A DNA stretch of 63,438 nucleotides, filler included, from Octopus bimaculoides (lineage: Eukaryota), in assembly GCF_001194135.2 (NCBI RefSeq). It is 5 parts of 4 records of this genome, joined end to end, with 100 filler letters (N's around TTAATTAATTAA, not from the genome) between each part and the next. Parts side by side here need not be neighbours in the genome. Positions count along the whole stretch, not along the records: positions 1 to 30,555 come from NC_068988.1; 4 more parts are not named here. One strand, given 5' to 3'. Every line of letters starts with the position of its first letter. Positions within the stretch are counted from its first letter, which is position 1. The notes below the pieces were generated by a model. The model saw only the letters and a program-made list of their open reading frames with translations, had not been told where the DNA came from and did no database searches. This document shows, piece after piece, positions 1 through 15,055 of the stretch. The position numbers and the translations under genes were made by a program.

Positions 1-99
1 TATATATATGCAGGGAGAGAGAGAGAGATAGAGAGAGATAATTAAACATAAAATAAATCTTTTTCAATTTGGGATATTAAACCATTCATTTTTTAATTC

Positions 100-560
100 C
101 CTCATTCCGCTTGAGGTCTCTCTGTGTTTCCATGTACATTATTTGTGTGCTTCCGTAATTGGTGAGTTAAACAACGACAGAAAAACAAGTTCATGGGATT
201 TCTCAGCTGGAAATTTGGTCTGAGCCCTTTACTAAATTCGTACGGTGTTAGGTCTTATTGTTGAGATGGGCTGTTAAGTTTCAAACCTTTGGTTTTAGAC
301 TTTCATCAGCCTATGACCAATGTTACTTATTCCAGATTGGGGAATCACAAAGAGAGTGGCTTGCTGTCTTCATAGTTTATAGAAGACTGGTAAATCTTTT
401 ACATGTTTGTGTCTCAAATATCATCCCGGCAACTGACATTTATCCAAGAACCTTACGAGACCGTATTGATAAATCAAATTTTCCAAAGTACTTATTAGTA
501 AGCAATCGTACACCAATATACTCTTATCTAACCACACTTTGACGTCTACTGTTTCAGCCT
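100..560 (-). mobile_element. Highly decayed CR1/L2-group LINE fragment (RT C-terminal region)
   Basis: Minus-strand conceptual translation with stops and frameshifts gives ...IGV...RSRKVLG...GMIFET...CDSPIWN...ESLK, similar in order to the KDLGV / KA..GWI.R.F / YCSPIW.P / LE.VQ motifs. Confidence 0.35.
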
Positions 561-710
561 ACCATTATTACATCTTATTTTTGTACTGAGGTTCTCAGTT
601 GCACTAATTTACAAAAGTATATCTGCGCCAGGAAATATTACTCAATTACTTACCCCATGAAAACATCTCTAATTTTTCTTATTTAACTCTCAATATTTAT
701 TCTAGTTTTT

Positions 711-836
711 TACGTTTTGAGTGCAAATTCCATCGAGATCGTCTTTACTTTTCATCCTTTCGGGTTAGATGAAATGCGTCCCAGCTGAGCACTAGGCTCG
801 AACTAACCGACTTACCACTTTCCCGAAATTTGTAGT
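711..836 (+). mobile_element. SINE family A, degenerate 5'-truncated copy
   Basis: GAGTGCAAATTCC B-box-like motif and TTTCATCCTTTCGGG body shared with the other family A copies in the window. Confidence 0.65.
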
Positions 837-2117
837 ATTTTACTAAAATTTCAAACCAACAATTATTCTGGCTTTAAGCTTCTCCATAATGAGCGACGTA
901 TATTCTAGATAGATAGCAGTTCAAAAAAGATACGATACATTTTGATATATCAACGTTGTTTCACATATCAATACAATCGCTCTAGACGTCTCACACAATA
1001 AATAAATGCTACATCAATAGGTCATATTAGATGGTATACTTTAGAAATTATTACAATCTAATACGGGGCGGAGACTACCCAAAAAGAGACAATAGAGAAA
1101 ACTAAGAAACTATGAAAATAATGGTCGAAAGGATCTCCTAAGCTGGGGTCATCAATAATAATGCACAACACTGAATCTTTTTTCAGTAAGCAATATTATA
1201 ATGTTGCTGTACCACCCTAGATCAACCTTCACGAAGGAGACGTGTGATGGAAGCTAATTCATCAAGGGAGATTCTCATGTTTAGCGATTTACATATATAT
1301 ATATATATATATATGCATGGTAGCTTATTCTTTTGTCTTTTCTATTTATTAGGTACAGAGAATGCATACATGCATCTTTGTCCTTGACACTGAATTACAA
1401 TCAGATATCTACGCAAGCAAAGGTAAATTCTGCTACACTGTGTGTCATCAATCATAAAGAGATGTAGATATATGTGTAACTTTGGTGTCGATTTAATGAA
1501 ATGATATTTCTGGAGACATATCGATTTTATCACTAATGAAGTAGCAAATATATCACACGACGGTCTCATGAACAATTATACATAGCAATATATATTATGT
1601 GAGCATTCAAAACGGCGACATTGAACAAAGATGCGCATTTTTATTCTTAACTCATTCTGACAGATTTCAGCTTGAATTTCATGTTGTGTTTCGCCTTCGC
1701 GAATCGGTAGACGACATGTGTTGACTGAACAATTCGCTGACGTAGGGATTATCAAACCACTTGTTTTTAATGTTAAATTATCGTGAGGATGCAAAACAGA
1801 AACAATCAAACAACGATATCTTTATTTCGGTAGTTATTTTCTGTGGAGAATATATTGGTGTACACAAATCTGTATTAGATTATCAATGAATTTGTGCTTG
1901 CTCACATCTGTCGATAAAAAACTTCTGGTCAAAGTCAGTTGCAAAATGTGGAATAAGATATTTTAATTGTGCATTGTTAAAAATATAACAATAATTTGAG
2001 AAGGGAGTAGTAATTTTAAATGTGTTCCTCAAATTCCGTAGGTTTTACAGCAGTGTGAATGAAAGCGAATGTAAAACAACTGTTGAAACTATTTCTTTGA
2101 TATAAATTTATATTTAA

Positions 2118-3020
2118 CTAGCAAACGCATCCGTCCTTTGGACGGTTTAAGTTGCTTTGGTGGTTATTGTGTCACCAAATAATTGAAATACCGAAAAGGT
2201 TTATGAGTATCCCGGCAATCTATGTATCATTTCAACCTAGGAACGGAAAATCAAATTGAAGGCTGGTTCTTGTGGATGTCGTTGTACTTTAATGGTCATA
2301 GAAAATATAAGTTTGCAAGCGATGCAAAGCAGAGCTCAATTGTTTTGGGAGTAGATTACGGATAATGACTACAAAATATATTTGTTTTATAAGAAAGCGA
2401 AATTTCTTGTCAGAAACAGGCACATAAATAGTGTAAGGAAATTGAAGGAAGACGCTGAAGCTTCCCCTATGCGAGTTTATTTTATTCAACAGCAAAGGGA
2501 GCTATTTTTTTCGGAGAGATAAGCTGACAAAAGCCCTTTATTCTGCCTTCCCAGATAGCCTGCACATAAACTAACAGCGAATGCCGCATACAGTTAAATT
2601 GGTATGGAGCTTTCTGAAAGATACGTATAGTTTTCGCTTGTGGAAAGAAAATTCTTATTTTAAGCTTACCAAAGTTTAATGCAGTTTAAATGTGGAGATT
2701 AAAATTGTTTCGTATTGGATATGTATCGCGTACACTGTTCCTAGTCAATTTAATAACCGTTGTAGGTGGACAGTCAAAATTTAAAAAATAGACAAAATCC
2801 TTTCTTTTTTATTAAAAGATTAAAAACCTATGGATGATCGTACATACAAAAGACTATGGCCTCTTACGTCTATTTACGCGTGAGTTCTGAGCAAAATGTC
2901 AAAAGTGCATAACCATCCTAGGGACATAAGTGATGTGTGTGTACAGCTTGGTGAAAATCGGTTGAGAATTATGGAAATGTATACGTTACTCATTATACAC
3001 ACATATCCTGGGATATATAT
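2118..3020 (-). mobile_element. Non-autonomous Helitron-like element (about 0.9 kb)
   Basis: Minus strand ends in hairpin CCGTCC-AAA-GGACGG (2131-2145), then 9 nt, then CTAG|T (2118-2121). The opposite end abuts (TA)n; 5' boundary approximate. Confidence 0.55.
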
Positions 3021-4165
3021 ATATATATACTACATAAAGATTTTTATTTGAAACCACTTCTAAATAATGCAACTTTATAACGAAGTGAGCAAATCGTGAT
3101 ATATACGTAGCAGGAATATGATTTCCTGAAATCTAATTTTAATAGCTTATTTCTGTTGTAGTTTGTGCAACAAACTCTTTAAAATTAGGCTTTAGAATGT
3201 TTAATACCTTCTGGCTTTGTATTTAACATGCGATAAAATGCAGCAAATATTTGACGTCCAACAATTACTTAAAGTAGAGACACATTTTAATATTGTTACA
3301 AAATTTTGTTCAGAAAAATGTATTTGAATAAATCAAAAAACTATTTTTACAGAAATACATCTTTTAAAGTATGCTCGCGTCTATGTATTTTTGAGATACC
3401 TGTATATATACATGTATATAAACATGTATACATTCTTTACACACACGTATATACACGGACGTGTAGATGGAATATGACAAAGAACATCTATCAAACACCC
3501 CTCTTTCGAACACCAAGGAATTCAAATTAAACTCATTTTCTTTTGCAAAGAATTCAAATCCATATCAAGCACAAAAGTTTCTCCATGTTATTCAAAGAGC
3601 ACAATGCATAGTAATTATTCAAATTATTATTATTGTAAATATATATACGATAATATAAACATATATTCCTTTATATATATATATATATTACATACGCATA
3701 TCTATATCTATATATGTATATATGCATATCTATCTATCTATCTATCTATCTATCTACATCCCTTTCTCTCCCCCCTCCCCCTCTCCCCTCTCTCTCTCTC
3801 TATATATATATATAGATATATATATATATGTATGTATGTATGCATGTATGTATTTATGTATGTTTGTATGTATGCATGTATGATCACCGGGCTGCTCATT
3901 CACGGTTAAATTTCTACCTAGTTCTTACACCGTTTTGCATAGTTACAGTGAAAGATTTACCTTAAGTGATTTTGCATACGTGGCATTCATACGTCAGAGA
4001 GATAGATGACGAATCATTAATATCTACTAGTCCAGCAACGGGACTTGGCGTTAGTTATACCGCTTTTCTCTTGTAGGTGTTTTTAGACCAGAAGTATTGC
4101 GTATCTATCGCAGGCTACCCATGAACTGGCAAATCACATTTCGTGCATGTGTTTTCGCTATTGTT

Positions 4166-4205
<40 letters not shown>

Positions 4206-4292
4206 TCTTTTATAAGCGCCAACCCAGGAAATTCTGAGACCTACACAAACACACACACCGCAGACATACACACATACATACAATACATACAT

Positions 4293-4331
<39 letters not shown>

Positions 4332-4335
<4 letters not shown>

Positions 4336-5219
4336 GTTGTCCGGTATGTTCTGGGCGTTTTTACGCTAAATCGTTTAAACCTTCATTGGACACACCTGAA
4401 ATGTAACACAGTTCAAATGTTGGCGTTGCTTTAAGTGGCAGTGCATCTTCTCTTTGGTCCTTACTAAAAATAGATTTATCTTTCATTCTGGTTACCCTTG
4501 CTGACACTTGAAATGTATAACCAAAAATTTCATATTAGCGTTGAAATGCTTTTCTTTTATAAATAAAATGAGAAAATGCTGCAAAGACTCGTAAAAACAT
4601 TTGTACAGTTTATGGCGATTATGTTGTACGTGAATCAACTGTTCGAAGGTGGTTTGCAAAATGTAAAGCCGGGCGAGATTAGCTTGGAAGATGACAGTCG
4701 CAGTTGGAGACCTTCAAAATTGGATGATGTTTTGAAATGAGTTTATATGTGTTTAGTGGGATTATAAGGGTATTAATTATTATGAACTTCTCCCACAAAA
4801 CCAGATCATTGATACAGCTGACTAATTTGAAAGACTTGAGGTCAGAGATTGCCAACAAGAAAGGTGTGGTTTTCCAACAAAACAATTATCGACCACATGT
4901 GTCTTTCGCTACCCGAATATAGTGACATGAACTTGGCTGGGATCTCTTACCCCAACCACCATATTCTCTTGATGTCTCGACAAAACTCATTGCAAGGAAA
5001 ACATTTCATGACTTAGATGAAGTCAAAATGTATCTAGATAACTTTTATTTTTCTTCAAAACCAGTCAAATTTTTATGCCGATGGAATATTTAAATTGCCT
5101 GATAGATGGGCAAAGGTCAATAATAATAATAGAAATTATTTCAATGAATGAAATTTATAGAAAGGTCAATTATTTATATTGCATATTAAAAAACGGCCAA
5201 ACCTTTCCAGACAACCTAA
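4332..5219 (+). mobile_element. Internally deleted mariner transposon (transposase pseudogene)
   Basis: Imperfect TIRs TTAAGTTGTCCGGTATG and reverse complement TTAGGTTGTCTGGAAAG, flanked by TA. Remnant motifs ESTVRRWF, SLEDDSRS.RP, WDYKGINYYELL, FQQNNYRPH, LGWDLLPQPPYSLD, FYADGIFKLPDRW. Confidence 0.92.
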
Positions 5220-6295
5220 TATANNNNNNNNNNNNNNNNNNNNNNNNNNNNNNNNNNNNNNNNNNNNNNNNNNNNNNNNNNNNNNNNNNNNNNNNNNNNN
5301 NNNNNNNNNNNNNNNNNNNNNNNNNNNNNNNNNNNNNNNNNNNNNNNNNNNNNNNNNNNNNNNNNNNNNNNNNNNNNNNNNNNNNNNNNNNNNNNNNNNN
5401 NNNNNNNNNNNNNNNNNNNNNNNNNNNNNNNNNNNNNNNNNNNNNNNNNNNNNNNNNNNNNNNNNNNNNNNNNNNNNNNNNNNNNNNNNNNNNNNNNNNN
5501 NNNNNNNNNNNNNNNNNNNNNNNNNNNNNNNNNNNNNNNNNNNNNNNNNNNNNNNNNNNNNNNNNNNNNNNNNNNNNNNNNNNNNNNNNNNNNNNNNNNN
5601 NNNNNNNNNNNNNNNNNNNNNNNNNNNNNNNNNNNNNNNNNNNNNNNNNNNNNNNNNNNNNNNNNNNNNNNNNNNNNNNNNNNNNNNNNNNNNNNNNNNN
5701 NNNNNNNNNNNNNNNNNNNNNNNNNNNNNNNNNNNNNNNNNNNNNNNATATATATATATATATATATACATACATATATATACATATATTCATATGCGTG
5801 TGTATATTTATTATGTATAGGCATGACATCTATTGATCTTTCTCAAATTATGTTCGTATAATATGTTCCCAATCAATAACTCCATTACCAGTATACAACC
5901 AGTACCAAAAACCAACCTACGCCATTTCTTCAGTCTTCGTTACCACTAGTATCATCACGAGCACTAACTCAACTACATTGTACATGTACAACCACCACCA
6001 CCACCACCACTACCATCACCAGGAGCAGTGATTACATTCAGCTATAAACACATTGTCACAGCCACCACCACCACCAACAACAACAACGTCATTATCCTCC
6101 TCATCGTCGTTGTTGTCCTTGTTATTGATCTCTTTCTCATCATCATCATCATACTAATCATCAGCGACACTATCACCACTGCCTTTAATGCCTCTATCAA
6201 TCACCCATTCATCACCCGCTCCCACACATTAAGGAAACAGGAACTACTACAACTAGTATCATCGCTCGACTTTACTAAAACTCATACTTCTGACT

Positions 6296-6341
<46 letters not shown>

Positions 6342-6770
6342 CAAATCCTTTCCCCACCACGTGAGTGTTCGTTAACAATAGTGGCCACACCAACATTGTT
6401 GTAACACCACTATTTGGACTACCTCTACTTTGTCACCACTACTACTACGACCACTACCAACACCACTACCATCATTATAAAAAATATAAATATGAGTAAA
6501 AACACGGGATATTTCGCTCCGCTCACAGCATTGAAAACATTAAAAAGATATCCTTTACTGATACAGTACACGTCATGCGTATAAGCTCATTTATTTCAAT
6601 AGCTCTATAGTTAGTTCAAATCAAATATACGCAAGCTGAACGCAGCACGTACGTTATAAAGTATCTAGCTACAGAACAATAAAAAATCACAACATAAACA
6701 TTCTACATAATTACCTTTATAATAAAGCCAAGAAAACACATATTCTATGCAATCACATCCAACACCATGA

Positions 6771-7532
6771 GAGACTTTGCCTTTCATATTTTCGAGGTCG
6801 ATAAATTAAGTGCCAGTGAAACACTGGTGTCGACTTAACCGACAAGATTCCTCCTCCAAGTTTCTTACCTTGTGACTATAGTAGAAAGGATTATTTATTT
6901 ATTATCTACAGGTAATGACCTGCCAGAATCGTTAGCATGCTAGCTAAAATGCTTAGCAGCATTTCGTCCGACTTTAAGAGCTGGGTACAAATTTCTTCCT
7001 TTTTTGAGTTCTAAGTTCAAATTCCGAGTTCAAGTACTGGTGAAATACTGGGGTCGACATAATCGACTAGACCCCTCCCCAACAATTTCAAACATTGTTC
7101 CTTTAGCAATAAGGATTACTTTATGTTATTCAATAAAGGAATGTAAAGAAAGCACAAATAATAACAAATAAATTTTCTCTGCTTGGTAAACAGCTCAGTG
7201 CCAAAATGTTCGATACCAAATGGATTTTTCATAGCATCGGTGGTTATATATCAGATGCTGCATACCGTGCCCGTGTATCCTAGCTTACATACTTGGTAGT
7301 ATTTCAGATCTAAAAGCAGCGAGCCGGCAGAATCGTTTGCACGCGAGGCAAAATTCTTAGTGGCATTTCATCCGTCTTTGATTTTTGAGTTCAAATTCCA
7401 CTGGAGTCGACTTTAGCTTTCATCCTTTCGGTGTCGATAAATTAAATGCTAGTGAAATACTGGGGTCGACGTATTTGAGTAGAACCCCTCCACCAAAATT
7501 TCGGGCCTTGTGCTTTTAGTGGTAAGAATTAT
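6771..7532 (+). mobile_element. Three head-to-tail SINE family A copies (about 6771-6893, 6911-7118, 7315-7532)
   Basis: Repeated GCAGAATCGTT A-box region, GAGTTCAAATTCC B box, GGGGTCGAC body and CTTGTG...AGTAGAAAGGATT tail. Confidence 0.85.
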
Positions 7533-9036
7533 TTTATATCATCTTAAATTTACTAGTTTTATTATGCAAATCTCTGTATTGTATTCATCCGTATTTTATG
7601 GAAATTTTCTAAAACATATATTTTTGCAGAATTTCCTTTTCAGAAATTTCAAATATATTAATATGTAATTCAACTTGGACGCTATTCATTTTTTAACTCA
7701 CTGCCACCTCCTCTCTCCATCCCTTTCCACTATCATTTCACTCCTACATTTTATATAATCCTATTGTTTTCGTAATTTAATTCTCTTTCTTCCTAAATTT
7801 CTTTTCATTTTATGAGCCAGCATTTTAATTTTCACCACTCTATTTCTGCTGTCTTTTAATTCGCTGTTCATGTCGTGTTTTGCTGCGTTCCCTGTTGATT
7901 TATTCATTTCACGATTTCACGATTCTTTTTCCGCCCTTTTCTCGTTATTTTCCTCACATATTCTCTACTTAACTTCTTTTTCGTATTTCAATATAAGGTT
8001 TTTCATATCTTTCATTCATATCGTATAACACTAATGTTTCTGTTCCGAAACTACTACACCCAAAACCTGTATTTCATTAAAAGAGAACACATTTGAATCT
8101 AAACTTTATAAGCATACTGATCTTTTAGAGATAATGATAGATGTGTTGATATTAGCTTGATTGAATACTAATGATCAGGAAACTTTAACTGCACACAAAT
8201 TCTGAGATTAAGTAGAAAACCATAGATCGCACCATGGTATTCACAGAGCTGATTGTAAACTGTGCAGTGCAGAGATAATGGTTATAGTCTTCAAAGTCAA
8301 GACCACAACATAAGACTTAATCGATTGTGGAAATACATCTGTAAATCTATTGAACGCATTAAACCAAACAGATAAAAAAATTCCTGCCTCCTTGCAAAGA
8401 AAAACAGGCAAAGGCAATTAACTAAACTACTTGCATTCCTGGAGGCCATTTCACCTGGGAGATTTACCGGAGAATAATGTTGCTCGCAGAAAACATTCTT
8501 GGGCGTATGTTGGCACGTGTCTATTGTGTGGGTTCACACATAACTTCATGTTCAAAGAAAAAATATAAGTGGCACTGCACAATTAATTCTGTGATATAAC
8601 ACTAAACAATCTATGTTCTGTGATTATAGTCATGTAAGTGTACCCACACTTGGTGAAGTCCGTTTTTGATTTTCTTATTTTCGTGTGCTGGTATTCTTAC
8701 GAATGCATATGCATGCATGCATGTATGTATGTGTGTATGTATGTATGTATGCATGCATGCATGGATGTATGTATGTTTGTAAGTATGTATATACATATGT
8801 ATATGTATCTATGTATGTATTAATGTATACGTATTTGTATGGACACGTCAAAAGCGTTGTAGTTTGCTTGAAGCAATGCGAAATAGTTCAGAGGTAAAAT
8901 TAAAAACAAGAAGCGCTTCTAAAACCGTGAAAAGAAAGCGGAGAAACCTTCGTATATTTCAGGCACAAACGCCCATCATGTTTCAGAACTAGGGGAGTTT
9001 ATGTATATCCCGCCATTGAGACTCCAGAAGCGATCC

Positions 9037-9112
<76 letters not shown>
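9037..9112. repeat. (ATCT)n tetranucleotide microsatellite
   Basis: About 19 perfect units; similar arrays at about 12675-12770 and 40088-40137. Confidence 0.95.
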
Positions 9113-9606
9113 GTCTATCAATCAAATTATCAGTTCATGGGTGTGCGTGAGCGTTACGAAACCTTAGTCCTACTTTCTCTCGCACTCTCTTTATACATCT
9201 ATATAAGAACATGCGTAACTTGCCTTCGCTTAAACAATAAAATCTATATATATATATATATATANNNNNNNNNNNNNNNNNNNNNNNNNNNNNNNNNNNN
9301 NNNNNNNNNNNNNNNNNNNNNNNNNNNNNNNNNNNNNNNNNNNNNNNNNNNNNNNNNNNNNNNNNNNNNNNNNNNNNNNTATATATACCGTAATGTTTCA
9401 AATGTAAATTGTATCGCCTCGAGTCTTATTCTGTGGATATGCACATGTTTTACATGTTGTAATTTGATAAATATATTTATGTTCATGTTACTCTTAGATT
9501 TATATTCATGAAATGTATATTCCAAGTCGTACTGAAGTGAGCGAAATGCAAGGACTAAAAATAATACCATAATTTGCACTTTCCACTTACACAAACACAT
9601 AATCAG

Positions 9607-9650
<44 letters not shown>

Positions 9651-9726
9651 GTATGTATATTTATACACACACACATACACACACGCACATACACACACAC
9701 GCACATATATATGTATACACACACAC

Positions 9727-9760
<34 letters not shown>

Positions 9761-12673
9761 TTATACACATACATTATATATATAAGATAAAAAAACGGAT
9801 ATTTGAGTATGTATATTTAATCTATTTGTATCATAGCTTGAAGCTAAAATTTAAATACACATATATTTTAAAGAAATACAAAAAACTCTTCAAGAAACCT
9901 ACACATGTTTCGATTACAAATATATATATTCGAGATTCGAGAGAATCAAGTACCTAAATAGCGAAAGCAGCAAAGTCAGGTCAGTGACAGTACTATTGTG
10001 TATAAACAATGCAGAATGGTGAATACGAACTCACAAAGCTGACACAGATTTCTTCTCTAGTTATCCTGGCTGAATACACAACGAAATCAAAGTCACAGAT
10101 GGATACACTCAATGAAACTATTGCACCGCCGTGTATAGATTCCAAACGCAAGCGAATTGCAGGCTCCTAGTCAGGTGTCGAATAAACAATAACAACATAT
10201 ATATTGTGGTTCACTACAACTCTTTCAGAATCGAAACATATGTAGGTTTTCGGAGTTCCTTTTGAATTGTTTAAAGATTTATTTGTATTTAAATTTTAAC
10301 TTCAAACTATTAAGCAAATAAATTCTCATTATTCATGTTATTTATTATAATAAACCCTAACACATTGTGGAGATTAAATCAGTGAAACTTTGGATTTATT
10401 AATCCCTAGTGAGGACACTGCATAATTTTTTGCTCGTTTAAGAACATTGTAGAACAGAAACTTTTCATAGATTCGAATTTAAATCCCAATCTCTATAGAA
10501 ATTTATTATCTCAAGAACACATTGCATTTGAATTACTTTTAATGTTTACGATTATAGTTAACAACTCGGGCTGTAATTTCTGAGTCCGATTGAGGTGCTT
10601 GTGAACGATGTCGAAAGAACATCTGAAACAAATTTTATTTTTTGACACAGCGCGCCCCTAAGACGACCGCCAGACGCTGAAAATAAATAAATGAACTGCG
10701 ACCAGGCTCAACGAAAGGAGCCGGAGTTATCGGCTGAAATTGCATAATTGAAGTCAGTGTTGGCAGAAATTAAATTGGTTTACACTTTACTAAAATTACA
10801 CTGGGACTAAGCCCAAAGAGCCTGAGTGGCGGAGTAGCCACAATCTTGACTGTAATCTTATTGCATTATTTATGATTATTATATATAACACGTTTTATTA
10901 CTTTTCTGCAAATTTCAAAGTATTTTTATCTGATTACCTTATATTTAGGCCTATTATTATAATTTTACGTTATAGTTATGCGCATTTTAATTCCATATCA
11001 TAACAGTTGCTTAGTGGACATATGTCGCGTGACCGTTTCTTCCTTTTTTTTTTTTTTTACATTTTTCTCTTATAAATAACCATGTTATAACTAAATCCTG
11101 GAAATGTTATCACTTGTCACCTACGAACACGAAAGCATAGACCTTTAATAGAAATTCAGTCAAATCAGTTCATGGAATTTGTATATCTGCTCATAATGTA
11201 GCTATATGCAAGCGTGTAGGTATATACGTGTGTATGTGTGTGTATGTATACATCTATGTATACAAACATGTATACATNNNNNNNNNNNNNNNNNNNNNNN
11301 NNNNNNNNNNNNNNNNNNNNNNNNNNNNNNNNNNNNNNNNNNNNNNNNNNNNNNNNNNNNNNNNNNNNNNNNNNNNNNNNNNNNNNNNNNNATATATATA
11401 TATATATATATACATAAAGATACACAGATATATACATATGTTACATACGTATACTCATCTCTCACACAATTTGCTTATTATCTATTTATCTATCTATTCA
11501 AGTATGTATGTATCCCCCCTCTCTCTCTCTCATCTTCAGTTTGTATATATACATACACACACGCATATGTGTGTATATATGAATTTATATATATATGCAT
11601 ATATACACATATATATATATCTTCCTATCTATATCTATATATCNNNNNNNNNNNNNNNNNNNNNNNNNNNNNNNNNNNNNNNNNNNNNNNNNNNNNNNNN
11701 NNNNATATATGCGTGTGTGTGAGTGTGTGTGTGTGTGCATACATAAAAAAATTACAGAATGAGATAAAAATCCAAGGCTGTGAAAGATTTATATATACAT
11801 ACACATACATATACATAAACATACATACATAAATACACGCATACATACATAAACACATAAATACATACACACATACATACACACATAAATACATATACAC
11901 ACACACATACATACATACATACATACATACATACATACATACATACATACATAATGCATACATATAGAAATTCAATACTCATATAGAGGTAATTATATAC
12001 CATCGCCAGTAATATCTGTATAATAAATAATAACAGCAAGAACTATAATGATAGCATATTTTAATACGAATTTGGACGAGTCTGAAAGGTATAAAATAAA
12101 AGGAATTTTGAAGCTGGGAAGTAAATTCGTGAATCTGAATTCTATGAAAATATTTGTCTTTTTTTTTTTTCTTAATATTGCATTTAAGAAACATATGAGG
12201 AAATAATAATGGTAGTTATAATAATATTAAAAATAATAATAAAACTAATCATGTGAATGATAGTAACGTTACACATAAAAATATTAGAGACAATCCTTGT
12301 AATAAAAATAGATCTGTATTGCTGGAAGAATTAGGCACAGTGGTAGTACTTATCGTCATAGTAATAACTAAAGAACATAACAATTATAATGTTGGTGTAG
12401 CAGGTGATGAGGGAGATTATGACGAAGATAATAATAATAATAAGAAGAATAACAACAAAACAACAGAAGCAACAACAGCAATAACACAGAGAATGCAAAT
12501 TTATTATATTGATGTCTGGAAATATGAAATACGCAACGTTGATATTTCCCATTTTGTAAATACCAACATAATCTATTTATCTATATGTGTGTCTGTCTAA
12601 GTGCCTGTCTGTCGATCTCTCTCTATTTATCTACCTATCTATCTATCTATATGTGAGTCTGTCTGTGAGCCTG

Positions 12674-12739
<66 letters not shown>

Positions 12740-13209
12740 AATCTATCAATCTATCTATCTATCTATCTATCTGCATGTCTGATTGTCTGTCTGTCTCATT
12801 TTCTTTCTATCTGACATATTTATCGCTCTTACTCTCTCTATATATATATATATAAATATACATANNNNNNNNNNNNNNNNNNNNNNNNNNNNNNNNNNNN
12901 NNNNNNNNNNNNNNNNNNNNNNNNNNNNNNNNNNNNNNNNNNNNNNNNNNNNNNNNNNNNNNNNNNNNNNNNNNNNNNNNNNNNNNNNNNNNNNNNNNNN
13001 NNNNNNNNNNNNNNNNNNNNNNNNNNNNNNNNNNNNNNNNNNNNNNNNNNNNNNNNNNNNNNNNNNNNNNNNNNNNNNNNNNNNNNNNNNNNNNNNNNNN
13101 NNNNNNNNNNNNNNNNNNNNNNNNNNNNNNNNNNNNNNNNNNNNNNNNNNNNNNNNNNNNNNNNNNNNNNNNNNNNNNNNNNNNNNNNNNNNNNNNNNNN
13201 NNNNNNNNN

Positions 13210-13241
<32 letters not shown>

Positions 13242-13929
13242 CCTTATATACATTTATATATGTATATAAATATATATACACACACATAAATATACATATA
13301 TATATATATGTATATGTATCTATGTATATTCATATATAAAAACATGTATATACATAAATATATGCATATATATGCATAAACATATATGTATGTGTATGTG
13401 TTGTATATAGGTAGAGATATAGATATACATTCCTCACTGTGTTAAATCGCAACACGATGAAGGAAAGTGAATAAAAATAAAATATAGAATGACAAAGGTA
13501 ATAATATGAATTATATATAGCTTAAGTATGTAGTTTATATCTGAAAGAGACCTACAGCTAGCAATTAACGTAAATATAAGTAAATTGAAATATACTTACT
13601 GAAGTAACTTGGTTTTAAATATTTCTATTCTTGCTTAGTCTCACATGCAAAGATAACACACACCTACACGCACACACACCATTCCAGAAACGAGCAGACA
13701 CTTAAAGTCACACACACAAATAATGACTCTTTCGCTCTCTCTCCCTCTCTCAATATCCTATGTATATAAACAGACATAATTGCTTCCACAAATGAAAGCA
13801 TACTGTAATACACACACACACACACACATATAGCTAAATGAACAAAAGTTCAATCATGCGAATTTTATGGAGGACATTCTATATTTTGAATATTTTAACG
13901 TAGTGTATTTTACCTTATTATTATAATAC

Positions 13930-13969
13930 TTTTCTGCGTGCACAACGGTGCAATTACCTATACTGCAAC

Positions 13970-13971
<2 letters not shown>
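13930..13971. mobile_element. Possible isolated mariner terminal inverted repeat
   Basis: Reverse complement TGGGTTGCAGTATAGGTAATTGC next to (TA)n resembles mariner TIRs; no transposase sequence recognised beside it. Confidence 0.25.
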
Positions 13972-14002
<31 letters not shown>

Positions 14003-14536
14003 NNNNNNNNNNNNNNNNNNNNNNNNNNNNNNNNNNNNNNNNNNNNNNNNNNNNNNNNNNNNNNNNNNNNNNNNNNNNNNNNNNNNNNNNNNNNNNNNNN
14101 NNNNNNNNNNNNNNNNNNNNNNNNNNNNNNNNNNNNNNNNNNNNNNNNNNNNNNNNNNNNNNNNNNNNNNNNNNNNNNNNNNNNNNNNNNNNNNNNNNNN
14201 NNNNNNNNNNNNNNNNNNNNNNNNNNNNNNNNNNNNNNNNNNNNNNNNNNNNNNNNNNNNNNNNNNNNNNNNNNNNNNNNNNNNNNNNNNNNNNNNNNNN
14301 NNNNNNNNNNNNNNNNNNNNNNNNNNNNNNNNNNNNNNNNNNNNNNNNNNNNNNNNNNNNNNNNNNNNNNNNNNNNNNNNNNNNNNNNNNNNNNNNNNNN
14401 NNNNNNNNNNNNNNNNNNNNNNNNNNNNNNNNNNNNNNNNNNNNNNNNNNNNNNNNNNNNNNNNNNNNNNNNNNNNNNNNNNNNNNNNNNNNNTATATAT
14501 ATATATATATATATATAAATATGTGTGTGTGTGTGT

Positions 14537-14567
<31 letters not shown>

Positions 14568-15055
14568 CGTAAGCATTCTCGCGACAACGTTATGATAAGT
14601 GTAAACCAATGGTTTGTTTAATGCGACATTGACTACGAAGTTTCTCCTAGATTGGCTTTTCAAATAGCGGAGGAAATATATTGCTGATTAGTTGTATTTC
14701 AGTGTTAGCTGGAATGAAGCAAGAATCTGAAAATGAGTGACAATGTAGGTGTAAGTAAATTGAAACTGAAGTGATATAAATATAAATGTGCAATGTATAA
14801 AAATTGCACATGATATGTTTAAAAAATACATCACTTTTGTTTGGGGATGTAGTTGTATGCGTAAGAGAAGTGCTTCATTTATATGAAAATATATCCAATG
14901 GAATTTGGAGAGGAACATTTCTAGCGGCGATTGCAATGCAGTTATATCTGACGGTTATTGATCTGTAATTTCACATTTATTATTGCTGTACTCTTCAAAT
15001 TTCCGATAATATGTTAATAAATTCTTGCTGTTTAATATTATATCTGTTATTTTAA

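Noticed and set aside
8170-8560. Unique-looking stretch as a LINE or Penelope coding remnant
   Set aside because: The frames I translated gave no diagnostic motif.
8957-8986. Hammerhead-like string on the minus strand (CTGAAACATGAT-GGGC-GTTTGT-GCCT-GAAA)
   Set aside because: The CUGAnGA core is disrupted and I could not identify stems I and III.
10600-10860. Mariner-like start MSKEHLKQILFF
   Set aside because: Similarity is limited to about 12 codons, with no TIR or further transposase motif that I could confirm.
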